Assembly: GCA_034417075.1 (NCBI GenBank)
Contig: DAOULU010000037.1
Span: forward strand, 41,915 to 105,914
Reading direction: 5' to 3'
Length of the DNA: 64,000 bases
Source: Anaerolineales bacterium
GTDB lineage: Bacteria; Chloroflexota; Anaerolineae; Anaerolineales; E44-bin32
In this document: piece after piece, positions 8,465 through 17,738 of the stretch
Layout of the letters: each line of letters begins with the position of its first letter
How positions within the stretch are numbered: position 1 is the first letter of the stretch
Translations under genes and position numbers: made by a program
The notes under the pieces: generated by a model
Database searches by the model: none
What the model was told of the DNA's origin: nothing
The model's input: only the letters and a program-made list of their open reading frames with translations

Positions 8465-10114
8465 ATGAGTCTTCCTTTTCGTTGGCTGCGATCGGCGGCC
8501 TTTCAACTTCGCTGTTGGATAGAATCCATTCGTCAAGGGCCAAGGCTTCGGCAATTGCGAAGCGAAATTGAAGCATCGGCGTCTGGCGATGAGAGCGACA
8601 ATCGCCCCGTGCTCTTCTTCAATGCTTCGACGCGAACGTGGGGGGTGAGTCAGAACGCGGCGTTCAGCTTGTTGGCATCCTGGGGATTTCGTTTAAGCGG
8701 TGTATCGGTCCGCTATTTAGCCTGCATGCGCGGCATGCAGCAGTGCATGCTAGGTACCAATCGTAAGCGCCTGGGTGCAGTGCCTCCGTGTAAATCCTGC
8801 ATGCGCCTCAGCAGACAAATGTATCCAGAGGATCTACTCGATAAGATCGAGGCTCCCAGCAAGGGATGGAACACACTGCCCGATTTCTCCGAACACGGGA
8901 CACTCGCATCTCTATTCGAAGTGGAATATCTCGGATTGAAAATCGGTGAACTTTGTCTGCCCTCTCTGCGCTGGGTGCTGCGTAGGCATAACATTCCCGA
9001 CACCGCGGAAATTCGTGCCTTGTACAAGAAATATCTTCGCTCTGCAATCCATGTCGCGCTGGTTTTTATACAGACCATTGAACGAACGCCACCACGAGCT
9101 GTTATCGTATTTAACGGAATCACATTCCCGGAAGCGGTCGTGCGTCAAATCGCCATCGAACGAGGAATTCCCGTTATCACCCACGAGGTGGGGGTACGAC
9201 CGTTTTCCGCTTTTTTTACTCACGGTGAAGCGACGGCGTACCCTATTGAAATAGCGGATGATTTCCGCCTAATGCCTGAAGAACATGCTCGTCTGGAAGC
9301 TCTCCTTTCCGCTCGATTCCAGGGCGATTTTTCGATGGCGGGGATCCGTTTTTGGCCAGAAATGCGCGCTTTGAGCGAAACATTGAAGGCAAAGTTGGAG
9401 AGCTATGATCAGTGTGTAGCCGTGTTTACAAACGTAATATTCGATACGAGCCAAGTGCATGCGAATGTGATTTTCGATGACATGTTTGCCTGGTTGGAGC
9501 AGGTCGTCCATTTCGCGGGGAGGCATCCTCGTACGCTGTTCGTCATCCGTGCCCATCCCGATGAACTGCGCACTGGAAAAGAAGCACATGAAACTGTCGC
9601 AGAAGTGCTCTCACAAACGAATGCTGCTGCGATGGAGAACGTGGTATTTATCCCTTCGCAAGAGTTCGTGAGTTCGTACGATTTGATTCGGCGCTCCAAA
9701 CTCGTGATGGTCTATAATTCATCCATCGGGTTGGAGGCCACACTGCTTAAGCGTGTTGTTTTGTGTGGTGGGGCTTCAAGATATTCTCGTTATCCAACGG
9801 TGTATTTTCCGGAAACGGCGCAGATATATTTCCAAATGGCAGATAAATTCATTCATGAGGACGATCCCAAACCGCCACAATCGTTCGTCGATGAGGCTGA
9901 GCGTTTCTACTACGTCCAGCATTTTCTGACTTCACTGGATTATTCACCTTATTTACGTCCCCACAAAACATTCCCGGGATACGTTACTTTCTCGGATTTT
10001 GATGTAAACATGCTGCATCCGATTCATTGCCGTGAGAATGCGATCATCGAGCGTGGCATTCAGTCCAATACGGAAATGTTTTACGATCGAAGTGATGTCA
10101 CTGTTAAAAGTTGA
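8465..10114 (+). CDS. KpsS/KpsC-like capsule-synthesis protein (candidate ulosonic-acid transferase)
   Basis: FVIRAHPDE and VYNSSIGLEA motifs typical of Capsule_synth proteins. Directly abuts neuB. Confidence 0.65.
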   Translation: MSLPFRWLRSAAFQLRCWIESIRQGPRLRQLRSEIEASASGDESDNRPVLFFNASTRTWGVSQNAAFSLLASWGFRLSGVSVRYLACMRGMQQCMLGTNRKRLGAVPPCKSCMRLSRQMYPEDLLDKIEAPSKGWNTLPDFSEHGTLASLFEVEYLGLKIGELCLPSLRWVLRRHNIPDTAEIRALYKKYLRSAIHVALVFIQTIERTPPRAVIVFNGITFPEAVVRQIAIERGIPVITHEVGVRPFSAFFTHGEATAYPIEIADDFRLMPEEHARLEALLSARFQGDFSMAGIRFWPEMRALSETLKAKLESYDQCVAVFTNVIFDTSQVHANVIFDDMFAWLEQVVHFAGRHPRTLFVIRAHPDELRTGKEAHETVAEVLSQTNAAAMENVVFIPSQEFVSSYDLIRRSKLVMVYNSSIGLEATLLKRVVLCGGASRYSRYPTVYFPETAQIYFQMADKFIHEDDPKPPQSFVDEAERFYYVQHFLTSLDYSPYLRPHKTFPGYVTFSDFDVNMLHPIHCRENAIIERGIQSNTEMFYDRSDVTVKS

Positions 10115-10212
10115 TCTGAAACGAACGGGAACGGACGGGACGTATGAGGAGCTCCGTGTGTGTTAGTATTGCTGGTCTCGTTCGCTGAAAGTACAGCATA
10201 CTGCAAGGTGAG

Positions 10213-11037
10213 ATGGCCGTGATCTCCATAAAGCAATTCATCAAAAGGATGACACCCACCGCGCTGTGGCGCCCGATTTCCAACCTGTACTGGTACTGGT
10301 ACAACCGTGGACGCCATCAGTTGGCCGCGGCGGTCAGCGTTCGCCGCCGGAAGGATGCGGGACGCTTGCGGTCGTTTCATGATCAATATTCGGGGCGGCG
10401 CTGCTTTGTGATTGGAAACGGGCCCAGCCTGCGCGAGACCGATCTGAGTTTTCTGCGCGACGAAATTACCTTCGGCGCGAATCGCCTCTATCTGAACTTT
10501 CCCGAGATGGGCTTCACGAGCACCTTTCTGGTGATCACCAACATCCTCGTCGTCGAACAATGTGCCCGCGATTTGAAGGCCTTGACCATCCCGAAGTTCA
10601 TCACCTGGCGCGCCAGAAAGTGGATGAAGGACGATGCGCGCACGATATTCCTGGATACCGATTACACCCTGCCCGAAACGTTCGCGCAGGACGTTTCCGG
10701 AAGGGTGTACGAAGGAAACACGGTGACGTACACATCGCTCCAATTAGCCTATCACATGGGGTTTTCGAAAGTGATCCTCATCGGCGTGGATCATCATTAC
10801 GACACGAAAGGTCCTGCGAATACGGTCGTGGTTTCGCAAGGGGAGGACCCCAATCACTTTCATCCCGATTATTTCGGCAAGGGCTTTCGTTGGCAGCTTC
10901 CCGATCTGGTCGGTTCCGAGCGGGCTTACAAAATGGCCGGGGAGAACTTCGCCCGAGATGGTCGAGAAATCCTCGACGCCACCATCGACGGCCGGCTGAC
11001 GATCTTCCCCAAGGTAAAATATGAAGATCTATTTTAA
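10213..11037 (+). CDS. DUF115/MAF_flag10 (MptE-like) protein, candidate NulO transferase
   Basis: CFVIGNGPSL, FGANR, GNTVTYTSLQLAYHMGFSKVILIGVDH, PNHFHPDYFG. Confidence 0.75.
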   Translation: MAVISIKQFIKRMTPTALWRPISNLYWYWYNRGRHQLAAAVSVRRRKDAGRLRSFHDQYSGRRCFVIGNGPSLRETDLSFLRDEITFGANRLYLNFPEMGFTSTFLVITNILVVEQCARDLKALTIPKFITWRARKWMKDDARTIFLDTDYTLPETFAQDVSGRVYEGNTVTYTSLQLAYHMGFSKVILIGVDHHYDTKGPANTVVVSQGEDPNHFHPDYFGKGFRWQLPDLVGSERAYKMAGENFARDGREILDATIDGRLTIFPKVKYEDLF

Positions 11038-11094
11038 CTTCGATCGTTTAACACGTCTGGCGCTCGTAAGATTTCAACCGGGGCGGGAAGCGTA

Positions 11095-12048
11095 ATGACC
11101 GAAAACCATCCGCGATGTTCGATCGTCATCCGCGCCTTTAATGAGGAGAAACATATCGGGCGTTTGCTCACCGGCATCATGCACCAGACCGCCGAAAAAG
11201 TAGAAATCGTCCTGGTCGACTCCGGCTCGCGCGACGCAACGGTGGCAATCGCTTCCCGTTATCCGGTCAAGATCGTGCACATCCGGCCCGAGGAATTTAC
11301 TTTCGGGCGTTCCCTCAATCGCGGTATCGAGCATACGACTTCGGAATTCGTCGTCATCGCCAGCGCTCACGTGTATCCCGTATTTCCGGATTGGCTGGAA
11401 AGACTGTTGGCGCCGTTCGAAAATCCACGCGTCGCAATGGTCTATGGCAAGCAGCGCGGCATTGAGTCCACTCACTTCAGCGAGCAGCAGCATTTTGCCA
11501 AGTTGTTCCCGGCTGAAAGCATCGCCGTCCAACGTCATCCGTTCTGCAACAACGCCAATTCGGTCGTTCGCCGATCGTTGTGGCTCCAGAACCGTTTCGA
11601 CGAGGAGTTGACCGGTCTGGAAGACATGGCCTGGGCAAATTGGGCCATCCAGCAGAATCACGTTTTGTCCTATGCGGCGGAGGCGGAAGTGATTCACGTG
11701 CATAATGAAACCTCACGCCAGGTTTACAACCGCTACCGGCGGGAGGCGATCGCCTTGCGGCGGATCAAAGTGGAGGAACGTTTCCACCTCGGAGATTTCC
11801 TGCGTCTATATCTCTCGAACGTGATGAGCGACGGGTGGCACGCGCTGCGTGAGCGGGTGTTCTTGAGGGAAGCGCGCGGCATTCTCAGATACCGTCTCAT
11901 GCAGTTTTGGGGTACGTATCGCGGTTTTTCGTTATCTAAGCCCGTGTCGGCTTCCATGAAGCAGGTTTTCTATTACCCGCGCGGTTTTCGTGCTGCCACC
12001 ATCAAGCCGCAGCGGGATGTAGAGCCGATCGATTATCAGAGCGTTTGA
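11095..12048 (+). CDS. GT2 glycosyltransferase
   Basis: SIVIRAFNEE, VLVDSGSRD, FCNNANS, LEDMAWA. The DXD position is degenerate (IASAH). Confidence 0.85.
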   Translation: MTENHPRCSIVIRAFNEEKHIGRLLTGIMHQTAEKVEIVLVDSGSRDATVAIASRYPVKIVHIRPEEFTFGRSLNRGIEHTTSEFVVIASAHVYPVFPDWLERLLAPFENPRVAMVYGKQRGIESTHFSEQQHFAKLFPAESIAVQRHPFCNNANSVVRRSLWLQNRFDEELTGLEDMAWANWAIQQNHVLSYAAEAEVIHVHNETSRQVYNRYRREAIALRRIKVEERFHLGDFLRLYLSNVMSDGWHALRERVFLREARGILRYRLMQFWGTYRGFSLSKPVSASMKQVFYYPRGFRAATIKPQRDVEPIDYQSV

Positions 12049-12129
12049 CGGCCGGATGACTACTCCGGCCTGGTCGTTCGCCGCCTGGGTCGATAAAATC
12101 AGGGCAGTTGAGGTTAAGGATCGCAGAAC

Positions 12130-12828
12130 ATGATGGCTGAAGAGAAAATTGTGGCCCTGGTTCCGATGCGGCATCATTCGGAACGAGTGCCCGAGAAAAA
12201 TTTCCGCCTTTTGGCCGGAAAGCCGCTCTACGCTCACATTCTCGAGACGCTGCACGCGTGTCCCGAAATTGGGCAAATTCTCGTCGATACCGACAGCCCG
12301 GTAATCGTCAGCGGGATTGCGGAACGATTTCCGGATGTTCTACTCATCGATCGCCCGGAGCACCTGCGGGCCGATGATGTGCCGATGAACGACGTGCTGC
12401 TTCATGATGTTTCGCAATGTGAGGCGGAGTTTTATCTTCAGACCCACAGCACCAATCCTTTGCTGCGTGCAAGGACCATTTCGGATGCAATTACGACCTT
12501 CAGAAAGGGTCTCCCGCAGCACGATTCGCTTTTTTCCGTTACCAGGTTGCAGACGCGTCTCTGGGACGTCGATGGAAAACCCATCAACCACGATCCGTCT
12601 GTTTTACTGCGAACACAGGACCTCACACCAGTGTACGAAGAAAATTCCTGCATATACATCTTTCAACGATCCATCTTCATCGATCGTGAGAACCGAATTG
12701 GTCACACGCCAACGATGTTCGAAATCGACGGCGAAGAAGCATGGGACATCGATGAGGAACTCGATTTCTTGATTGCGGACCGTTTGATGCAGGAACGATT
12801 ACGTTCACAATCGGAGAAGAACAAATGA
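12130..12828 (+). CDS. Second acylneuraminate/CMP-Kdo-type cytidylyltransferase
   Basis: VPMRHHSERVPEKNFR, THSTNPLL, YEENSCIYIF, WDIDEELDF. Confidence 0.85.
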   Translation: MMAEEKIVALVPMRHHSERVPEKNFRLLAGKPLYAHILETLHACPEIGQILVDTDSPVIVSGIAERFPDVLLIDRPEHLRADDVPMNDVLLHDVSQCEAEFYLQTHSTNPLLRARTISDAITTFRKGLPQHDSLFSVTRLQTRLWDVDGKPINHDPSVLLRTQDLTPVYEENSCIYIFQRSIFIDRENRIGHTPTMFEIDGEEAWDIDEELDFLIADRLMQERLRSQSEKNK

Positions 12829-13790
12829 CGATCCGCGTACTCGTATCCGCGCCCTACATGCTCCCACACCTCGATCGTTTCAGGCCGATTTTCGAACGAA
12901 GCGGCATCGAACTAGTGACCCCCGAAGTCGTTGAACGTCTCTCGGAAGAGGAGCTGCTCCAACTGGTCGGAGAGATCGATGGGGCGATTTGCGGTGATGA
13001 TCGCTTCACGCCTCGGGTGCTGCAAGCGGCCGTGCCCCGCCTGAAAGTCATCTCGAAGTGGGGAACGGGGATCGATTCGATCGACAAGCAAGCGGCGCAG
13101 CAGCTCGGCATCCGGGTTTATAACACCCCGGGCGCTTTCGCGGATCCGGTCTCGGACACCGTCATGGGCTACGTCCTCAACTTTGCCCGCCGGCTGCCTT
13201 GGATGGATCGAAACATGAAGCAGGGCAAATGGGAAAAGCTGCCGGCGAGATCGCTGCGAGAATGTGTGTTAGGCGTGGTGGGAGTGGGCAACTGCGGCAA
13301 AGCCGTACTGCGGCGAGCGCGGGGATTCGGTATGGGTTTGCTGGGGAACGACATCCTGGAAATTCCACAGGCGTTCATCGATGAGGTGGGCGTGACGATG
13401 ATGGATCTCGAAGCGTTGCTGCCCCAGGTGGATTTCCTGAGCTTGAACTGCGACCTGAATCCGACTTCGTTCCATTTGCTGACCCGGGAGCGGTTACGGC
13501 TTCTGCCCTCCACCGCCGTCGTGATCAACACCTCGCGCGGCCCGGTGATCGACGAGCAGGCGTTGGTCGAGGCGCTGCGTGAAGGATGGATCAGCGGCGC
13601 CGCATTGGACGTTTTCGAGGATGAACCCCTGGCGGCGGATCATCCGCTGCGTTCGATGGATCAGGTGATGCTGGGATCTCACAATGCAAACAGCAGTCTT
13701 GCCGCCTGGGAGCGGGTGCATAAAAATACGATCCGCAATCTCTTCGAGGGACTGGGGATTTCACCGCCGGAAGACCTGGATCGGATTTGA
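12825..13790 (+). CDS. D-isomer-specific 2-hydroxyacid dehydrogenase (phosphoglycerate dehydrogenase-like)
   Basis: KWGTGIDSID, GVVGVGNCG, INTSRG, AALDVFEDEP, LGSHNA. ATGA overlap with the upstream gene. Confidence 0.85.
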   Translation: MTIRVLVSAPYMLPHLDRFRPIFERSGIELVTPEVVERLSEEELLQLVGEIDGAICGDDRFTPRVLQAAVPRLKVISKWGTGIDSIDKQAAQQLGIRVYNTPGAFADPVSDTVMGYVLNFARRLPWMDRNMKQGKWEKLPARSLRECVLGVVGVGNCGKAVLRRARGFGMGLLGNDILEIPQAFIDEVGVTMMDLEALLPQVDFLSLNCDLNPTSFHLLTRERLRLLPSTAVVINTSRGPVIDEQALVEALREGWISGAALDVFEDEPLAADHPLRSMDQVMLGSHNANSSLAAWERVHKNTIRNLFEGLGISPPEDLDRI

Positions 13791-13819
13791 GGTGAACCGG
13801 GTATGAAAAGGAGAACCCT

Positions 13820-14566
13820 ATGAAGCGCGTGGCGATCATCACAGGCGCAGCAGGCGGTATCGGCCGGGCAACGGCAGAAACGTTCCACGCTGCCGGATAT
13901 GAAGCGGTCGGCATCGATCGCAAAGAAGTGAAAGACTTCCCGGACGACATTCGCCTGTATAAAGTCGACTCATCCTTGGAAGAAAGCGTCTCGGCGTTTG
14001 CCGTACGCATGCGCGAGCAGCATCAGAAGATCGATGTGCTGGTCAACAATGCCGCAATCCAAATCTGCAAACCCATCGTCGAGATGACGGTAGAAGAATG
14101 GGATGCCACGATGGCATCGAATCTGCGCTCGATCTTTCTCATGAGCCGCGAATTGTATCCGCTGATCAAGGCGGCAAGGGGTTCGATCGTCAACGTAAGC
14201 TCCGTCCACGCCATGGCGACGTCGAACGACATCGCCGCCTACGCGGCCAGCAAAGGCGGTATCCTGGCGCTGACCCGTGCGATGGCGCTCGAATTCGGAC
14301 TCGATGACGTGCGCGTGAATACGATCCTGCCCGGTGCGGTAGATACGCCCATGCTGCGGGACGGTATGAGCCGCGGGCATGTTTCCGGAACGCTGGAAGA
14401 GCGCATGCAAGCGTTGGCGGCAAAAACGGTTTTGGGGCGAATCGGTAAACCGGAGGAAATCGCGAAAGTCATCCTCTTCTTGGCGGATGGCGGGCAATCC
14501 GGATTCATGACCGGACAGTCACTGATTGTGGATGGCGGCGCTTCGGCAAGATTGAGCACGGAGTGA
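13820..14566 (+). CDS. SDR oxidoreductase
   Basis: TGAAGGIG, VNNAA, NVSS, YAASK, VRVNTILPG, LIVDGG. Confidence 0.9.
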   Translation: MKRVAIITGAAGGIGRATAETFHAAGYEAVGIDRKEVKDFPDDIRLYKVDSSLEESVSAFAVRMREQHQKIDVLVNNAAIQICKPIVEMTVEEWDATMASNLRSIFLMSRELYPLIKAARGSIVNVSSVHAMATSNDIAAYAASKGGILALTRAMALEFGLDDVRVNTILPGAVDTPMLRDGMSRGHVSGTLEERMQALAAKTVLGRIGKPEEIAKVILFLADGGQSGFMTGQSLIVDGGASARLSTE

Positions 14567-14599
14567 TATTGTAGAGGTTTTTTTCCTCAGGAGGTTTTA

Positions 14600-16528
14600 T
14601 TGCTACTTGGATTATTGCCCCTTGCGGGATGGATAGGCTTGGTTTTTCTACTGGAGAATCTGCAAACCGATTCGAGTTGGCGCAGGGCTTGCTTGCATGC
14701 GGGGGTCTTGTGGGGAAGCTACATCGTTTTCCTGAACGAGTTACTGAGCATCTGGAAGGCCATCACGCTCGTTGGATTGGTCATCGCCTGGTCTCTGCCA
14801 CTATTAGGCATCGCCGTGTTTCTCGTCGTGCGGGTACGGCACGGCCATGAGATTCGCCTCCCCAGTTCGGAATGGCCGAAGGGATGGTCGCAGGTTTTTC
14901 TATTTGTCGGTGTTGTCCTTATATTAATTGTCACGGGAATTCTGGCCTGGTTGTCCCCACCACAGACGTGGGACACGCTAAATTATCACATGCCAAAAGT
15001 CGCCCAATGGGCGCAAAATCAGTCCGTCCAACATTACACGACGGGGATCAAACCCCAGAACTACATGTCTCCGGGAATGGAATACGTGGTGCTTCATTTT
15101 TACATCCTGGCCGGGAGCGATCACTTGGTAACGCTGGTAAGTTGGTTCTTTGTCTTGGGCAGCATCATTGGGGTTTCTTATCTCGCTTTACGCTTCGGCC
15201 TGAGGACAACAGCACAGCTCTTCAGCATGCTGTTTACGGCCACACTTCCATTGGCCATCGTTCAAGCCTCCGGCACGATGACCGATTGCGCCGTCGCCTT
15301 CTGGATGATCGTCGTGGCAGCTGAAGCCGTTACGGTGATGAAGAATGAGGACGATATTTGGACCATCCTTATTCTCGGTTTATCGGCCGGCCTTGCCATC
15401 CTGACAAAACCCACCGGCTATGCCTTCACTTTGCCATTCACTATCCTAGTCGCAATCACACTTCTTCGACGCAGGAATTTTAAACGCTTTCTACAATCTA
15501 CCCTTCTTGCTGTTTTACTTTTCGCGCTGCTCAATGCCGGGCATCTTTACCGTAACCAATTACGCTACGGCAACCCCTTTGGACCTCCTGGCCGCATTTC
15601 CGCCTTGATCACCGATGATATCAATCTGCCTATCATCGTCTCCAACACCTTACGCAATGCGAGTCTCCATGCCGGGACACCCTCTCCCTACGTCAACAAA
15701 GGAATCTATCTGTTCGTTGAAAAGGTTCACCAACTTATCGGCGTCGATATCATGGATTCCAGAACCACGCACAGTAGACGTTATAAGGTATTTCCTCCCT
15801 CGACTCACGAAGATTTAACCTCCAACCCCTTGCACGCGTTGTTGATCTTAATCGTGTTTTTCGTTTCGATTTGGCGGAGGAAAAGCATACCCAGGGAGGT
15901 ATTCGCATACGGGCTGGCCGTGGCTTGCTCGTTTGTATTGGTGAGTTCGATGGTCCAATGGCAGCTGTACAACGCCCGCCTTCACCAGCCATTTTTCGTG
16001 ATGGCCGCGCCATGGGCGGTATTCATGCTCTACGACATCCTATCGCAGCGGTTGATAAACATCGTGGCCGTCGTTTTACTTGCGGCCTCCTGGCCGTGGC
16101 TGGTTCACATTCCCTCGCGGCCGATTATCGAGCAGCAAGGTAAATCCTACGTCGACAGTGTTTTTCACGAATCGAGATTCAACCTGTATTACGCCGACGG
16201 TGGTCATCTCAAGGTGCCGCATCTCGAGATCACGGAGCGTATTCAGGAATCGCAGTGTTCGCGGGTTGGATTGGTGCTGACGGGAAACGAGGCCGAATAC
16301 CCGATTTGGGTGCTGCTCGGTGCGCCAAAAGATGCTCCGCGGATCGAGTGGGTGATCGATGACAAGTATGTCGATGACAGCGAAGGTATGGATTTTCAGC
16401 CCTGCGCTGTAATCCTGCAGCCATGTGCGGAGGATTGGGGAATGTTTAACGGGCTGCCGCGCGTGTACGAACATAAACCGACTCATTATTGCTTATTTCT
16501 GGCCTCCGGGCTTCAAGAAAATCCGTGA
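14600..16528 (+). CDS. GT-C-like polytopic membrane glycosyltransferase
   Basis: TTG start after GAGG. Many TM helices, first-loop WDTLNYH, LTKPTG, soluble C-terminus. Confidence 0.65.
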   Translation: MLLGLLPLAGWIGLVFLLENLQTDSSWRRACLHAGVLWGSYIVFLNELLSIWKAITLVGLVIAWSLPLLGIAVFLVVRVRHGHEIRLPSSEWPKGWSQVFLFVGVVLILIVTGILAWLSPPQTWDTLNYHMPKVAQWAQNQSVQHYTTGIKPQNYMSPGMEYVVLHFYILAGSDHLVTLVSWFFVLGSIIGVSYLALRFGLRTTAQLFSMLFTATLPLAIVQASGTMTDCAVAFWMIVVAAEAVTVMKNEDDIWTILILGLSAGLAILTKPTGYAFTLPFTILVAITLLRRRNFKRFLQSTLLAVLLFALLNAGHLYRNQLRYGNPFGPPGRISALITDDINLPIIVSNTLRNASLHAGTPSPYVNKGIYLFVEKVHQLIGVDIMDSRTTHSRRYKVFPPSTHEDLTSNPLHALLILIVFFVSIWRRKSIPREVFAYGLAVACSFVLVSSMVQWQLYNARLHQPFFVMAAPWAVFMLYDILSQRLINIVAVVLLAASWPWLVHIPSRPIIEQQGKSYVDSVFHESRFNLYYADGGHLKVPHLEITERIQESQCSRVGLVLTGNEAEYPIWVLLGAPKDAPRIEWVIDDKYVDDSEGMDFQPCAVILQPCAEDWGMFNGLPRVYEHKPTHYCLFLASGLQENP

Positions 16529-16543
16529 TCGATCGACGGGCGG

Positions 16544-16552
16544 TGCTATAAT
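16544..16552 (+). promoter_or_regulatory. Extended -10 promoter element (TGCTATAAT) upstream of the GT2 at 16668
   Basis: Perfect TGn-TATAAT immediately after the upstream stop codon. Confidence 0.5.
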
Positions 16553-16667
16553 TTGTCCCTGGATGGTCGATCCCTTCGATGAATGATAATTCTATGACGT
16601 ATGGATGTTTGTTGAAGAGGCATTCGATTTCAGAGCCCTCATTGATGATATTCATGAGTTCAAGACC

Positions 16668-17675
16668 ATGATTAACCGAAGCGATTCACAACCCCTCGTT
16701 TCCATCGTTACACCATCCTTCAACCAGGCCGCATTCATAGAACAAACCCTTCTGTCGGTTCTAAACCAGGATTACCCGAATATTGAATATATCGTAATCG
16801 ATGGCGGTTCAACGGATGGCAGCCAGACGATCATCGAGCGCTATTCGGATCGATTATCGCATTGGGTGTCCGAGCCGGATCGCGGCCATCCTCATGCCGT
16901 GAACAAAGGATTTCGTCGTGCGACGGGCGAAATCCTGGCTTTTCTAAATTCGGATGATTTGTACATGGCGGGAGCCGTGAGCCAAGCAGTTGAAGCGCTG
17001 TTGGATCATCCTGAAGCCGGGATGGTTTATGCAGACGGCTACTTGGTCGATTCTCAAGGCCAATTGCTCGATCCGCATTACTACCGCACGTTCAGCCTCC
17101 TTGAATTGCTGTGTAACGAAGTGCTCTTGCAGCCTACGGTTTTTATGCGCCGAGAGATCTTCGATCGGATCGGTGGTTTGGAAGAGGAATATCCTCTCGT
17201 GTTTGATCACGTGTTGTGGATACGCTTCGCTTCAATCGCTCCCATTGTTCACGTGCCCTCTTTTTGGGCCGTTGAACGAACGCATTCGGATGCAAAGACC
17301 GCTGCACGAGCTGCAGAATTTGTGGAGGATACGGAACAGTTTCTCGCCGACGCCGAAACGCGAGTGGATTTATTTCCCATCATCGAGGAAAACCGAAATC
17401 GTGTTTACGGCAGCCTTGATGTTTATGCCGCTCGTCGGTTAATCGATTCGGGACGCTACTGGGAAGCAACGCGAAGGATTCTGCGTGCATTCCGGAGGTA
17501 TCCTTTCGTCGTCTTGCGTTATTGGTACAAGGCCGTGCAAGCTGTGTTGAGCGCGTTGGGCTTTGACGGGTTGTTCATGTGGTACCGGCGTACACGCCGC
17601 AGGATGAAATATGGTAAATATCGTATCGTTAGCAGTGATCGAGGCAGTGAATTATTGAATTGTTCAGGCAAGTAA
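16668..17675 (+). CDS. GT2 glycosyltransferase
   Basis: VSIVTPSFNQ, IDGGSTDGS, FLNSDD, LLQPTVF. Start placed at MINRSDSQP. Confidence 0.9.
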   Translation: MINRSDSQPLVSIVTPSFNQAAFIEQTLLSVLNQDYPNIEYIVIDGGSTDGSQTIIERYSDRLSHWVSEPDRGHPHAVNKGFRRATGEILAFLNSDDLYMAGAVSQAVEALLDHPEAGMVYADGYLVDSQGQLLDPHYYRTFSLLELLCNEVLLQPTVFMRREIFDRIGGLEEEYPLVFDHVLWIRFASIAPIVHVPSFWAVERTHSDAKTAARAAEFVEDTEQFLADAETRVDLFPIIEENRNRVYGSLDVYAARRLIDSGRYWEATRRILRAFRRYPFVVLRYWYKAVQAVLSALGFDGLFMWYRRTRRRMKYGKYRIVSSDRGSELLNCSGK

Positions 17676-17738
17676 CCGGTGGCGGAGTCGGCAATGGATG
17701 GCATCTCAAAACCCAACCACCGCTGAAGTCGCGCGCAA

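Noticed and set aside
10213-11037. Folate-pathway 6-hydroxymethylpterin diphosphokinase (MptE) function
   Set aside because: Same domain family as Maf/DUF115; the position after neuB and the absence of folate genes favour a glycosylation role.
12825-13790. Housekeeping serA
   Set aside because: No C-terminal ACT/ASB domain, and it is translationally coupled to a cytidylyltransferase in a glycan locus.
4339-14497. Numerous 100-213-aa antisense or alternate-frame ORFs over the NulO cassette (e.g. 6982-7623, 11074-11703, 13970-14497)
   Set aside because: Expected from stop-poor reverse frames in GC-rich coding DNA; each overlaps a well-supported gene.
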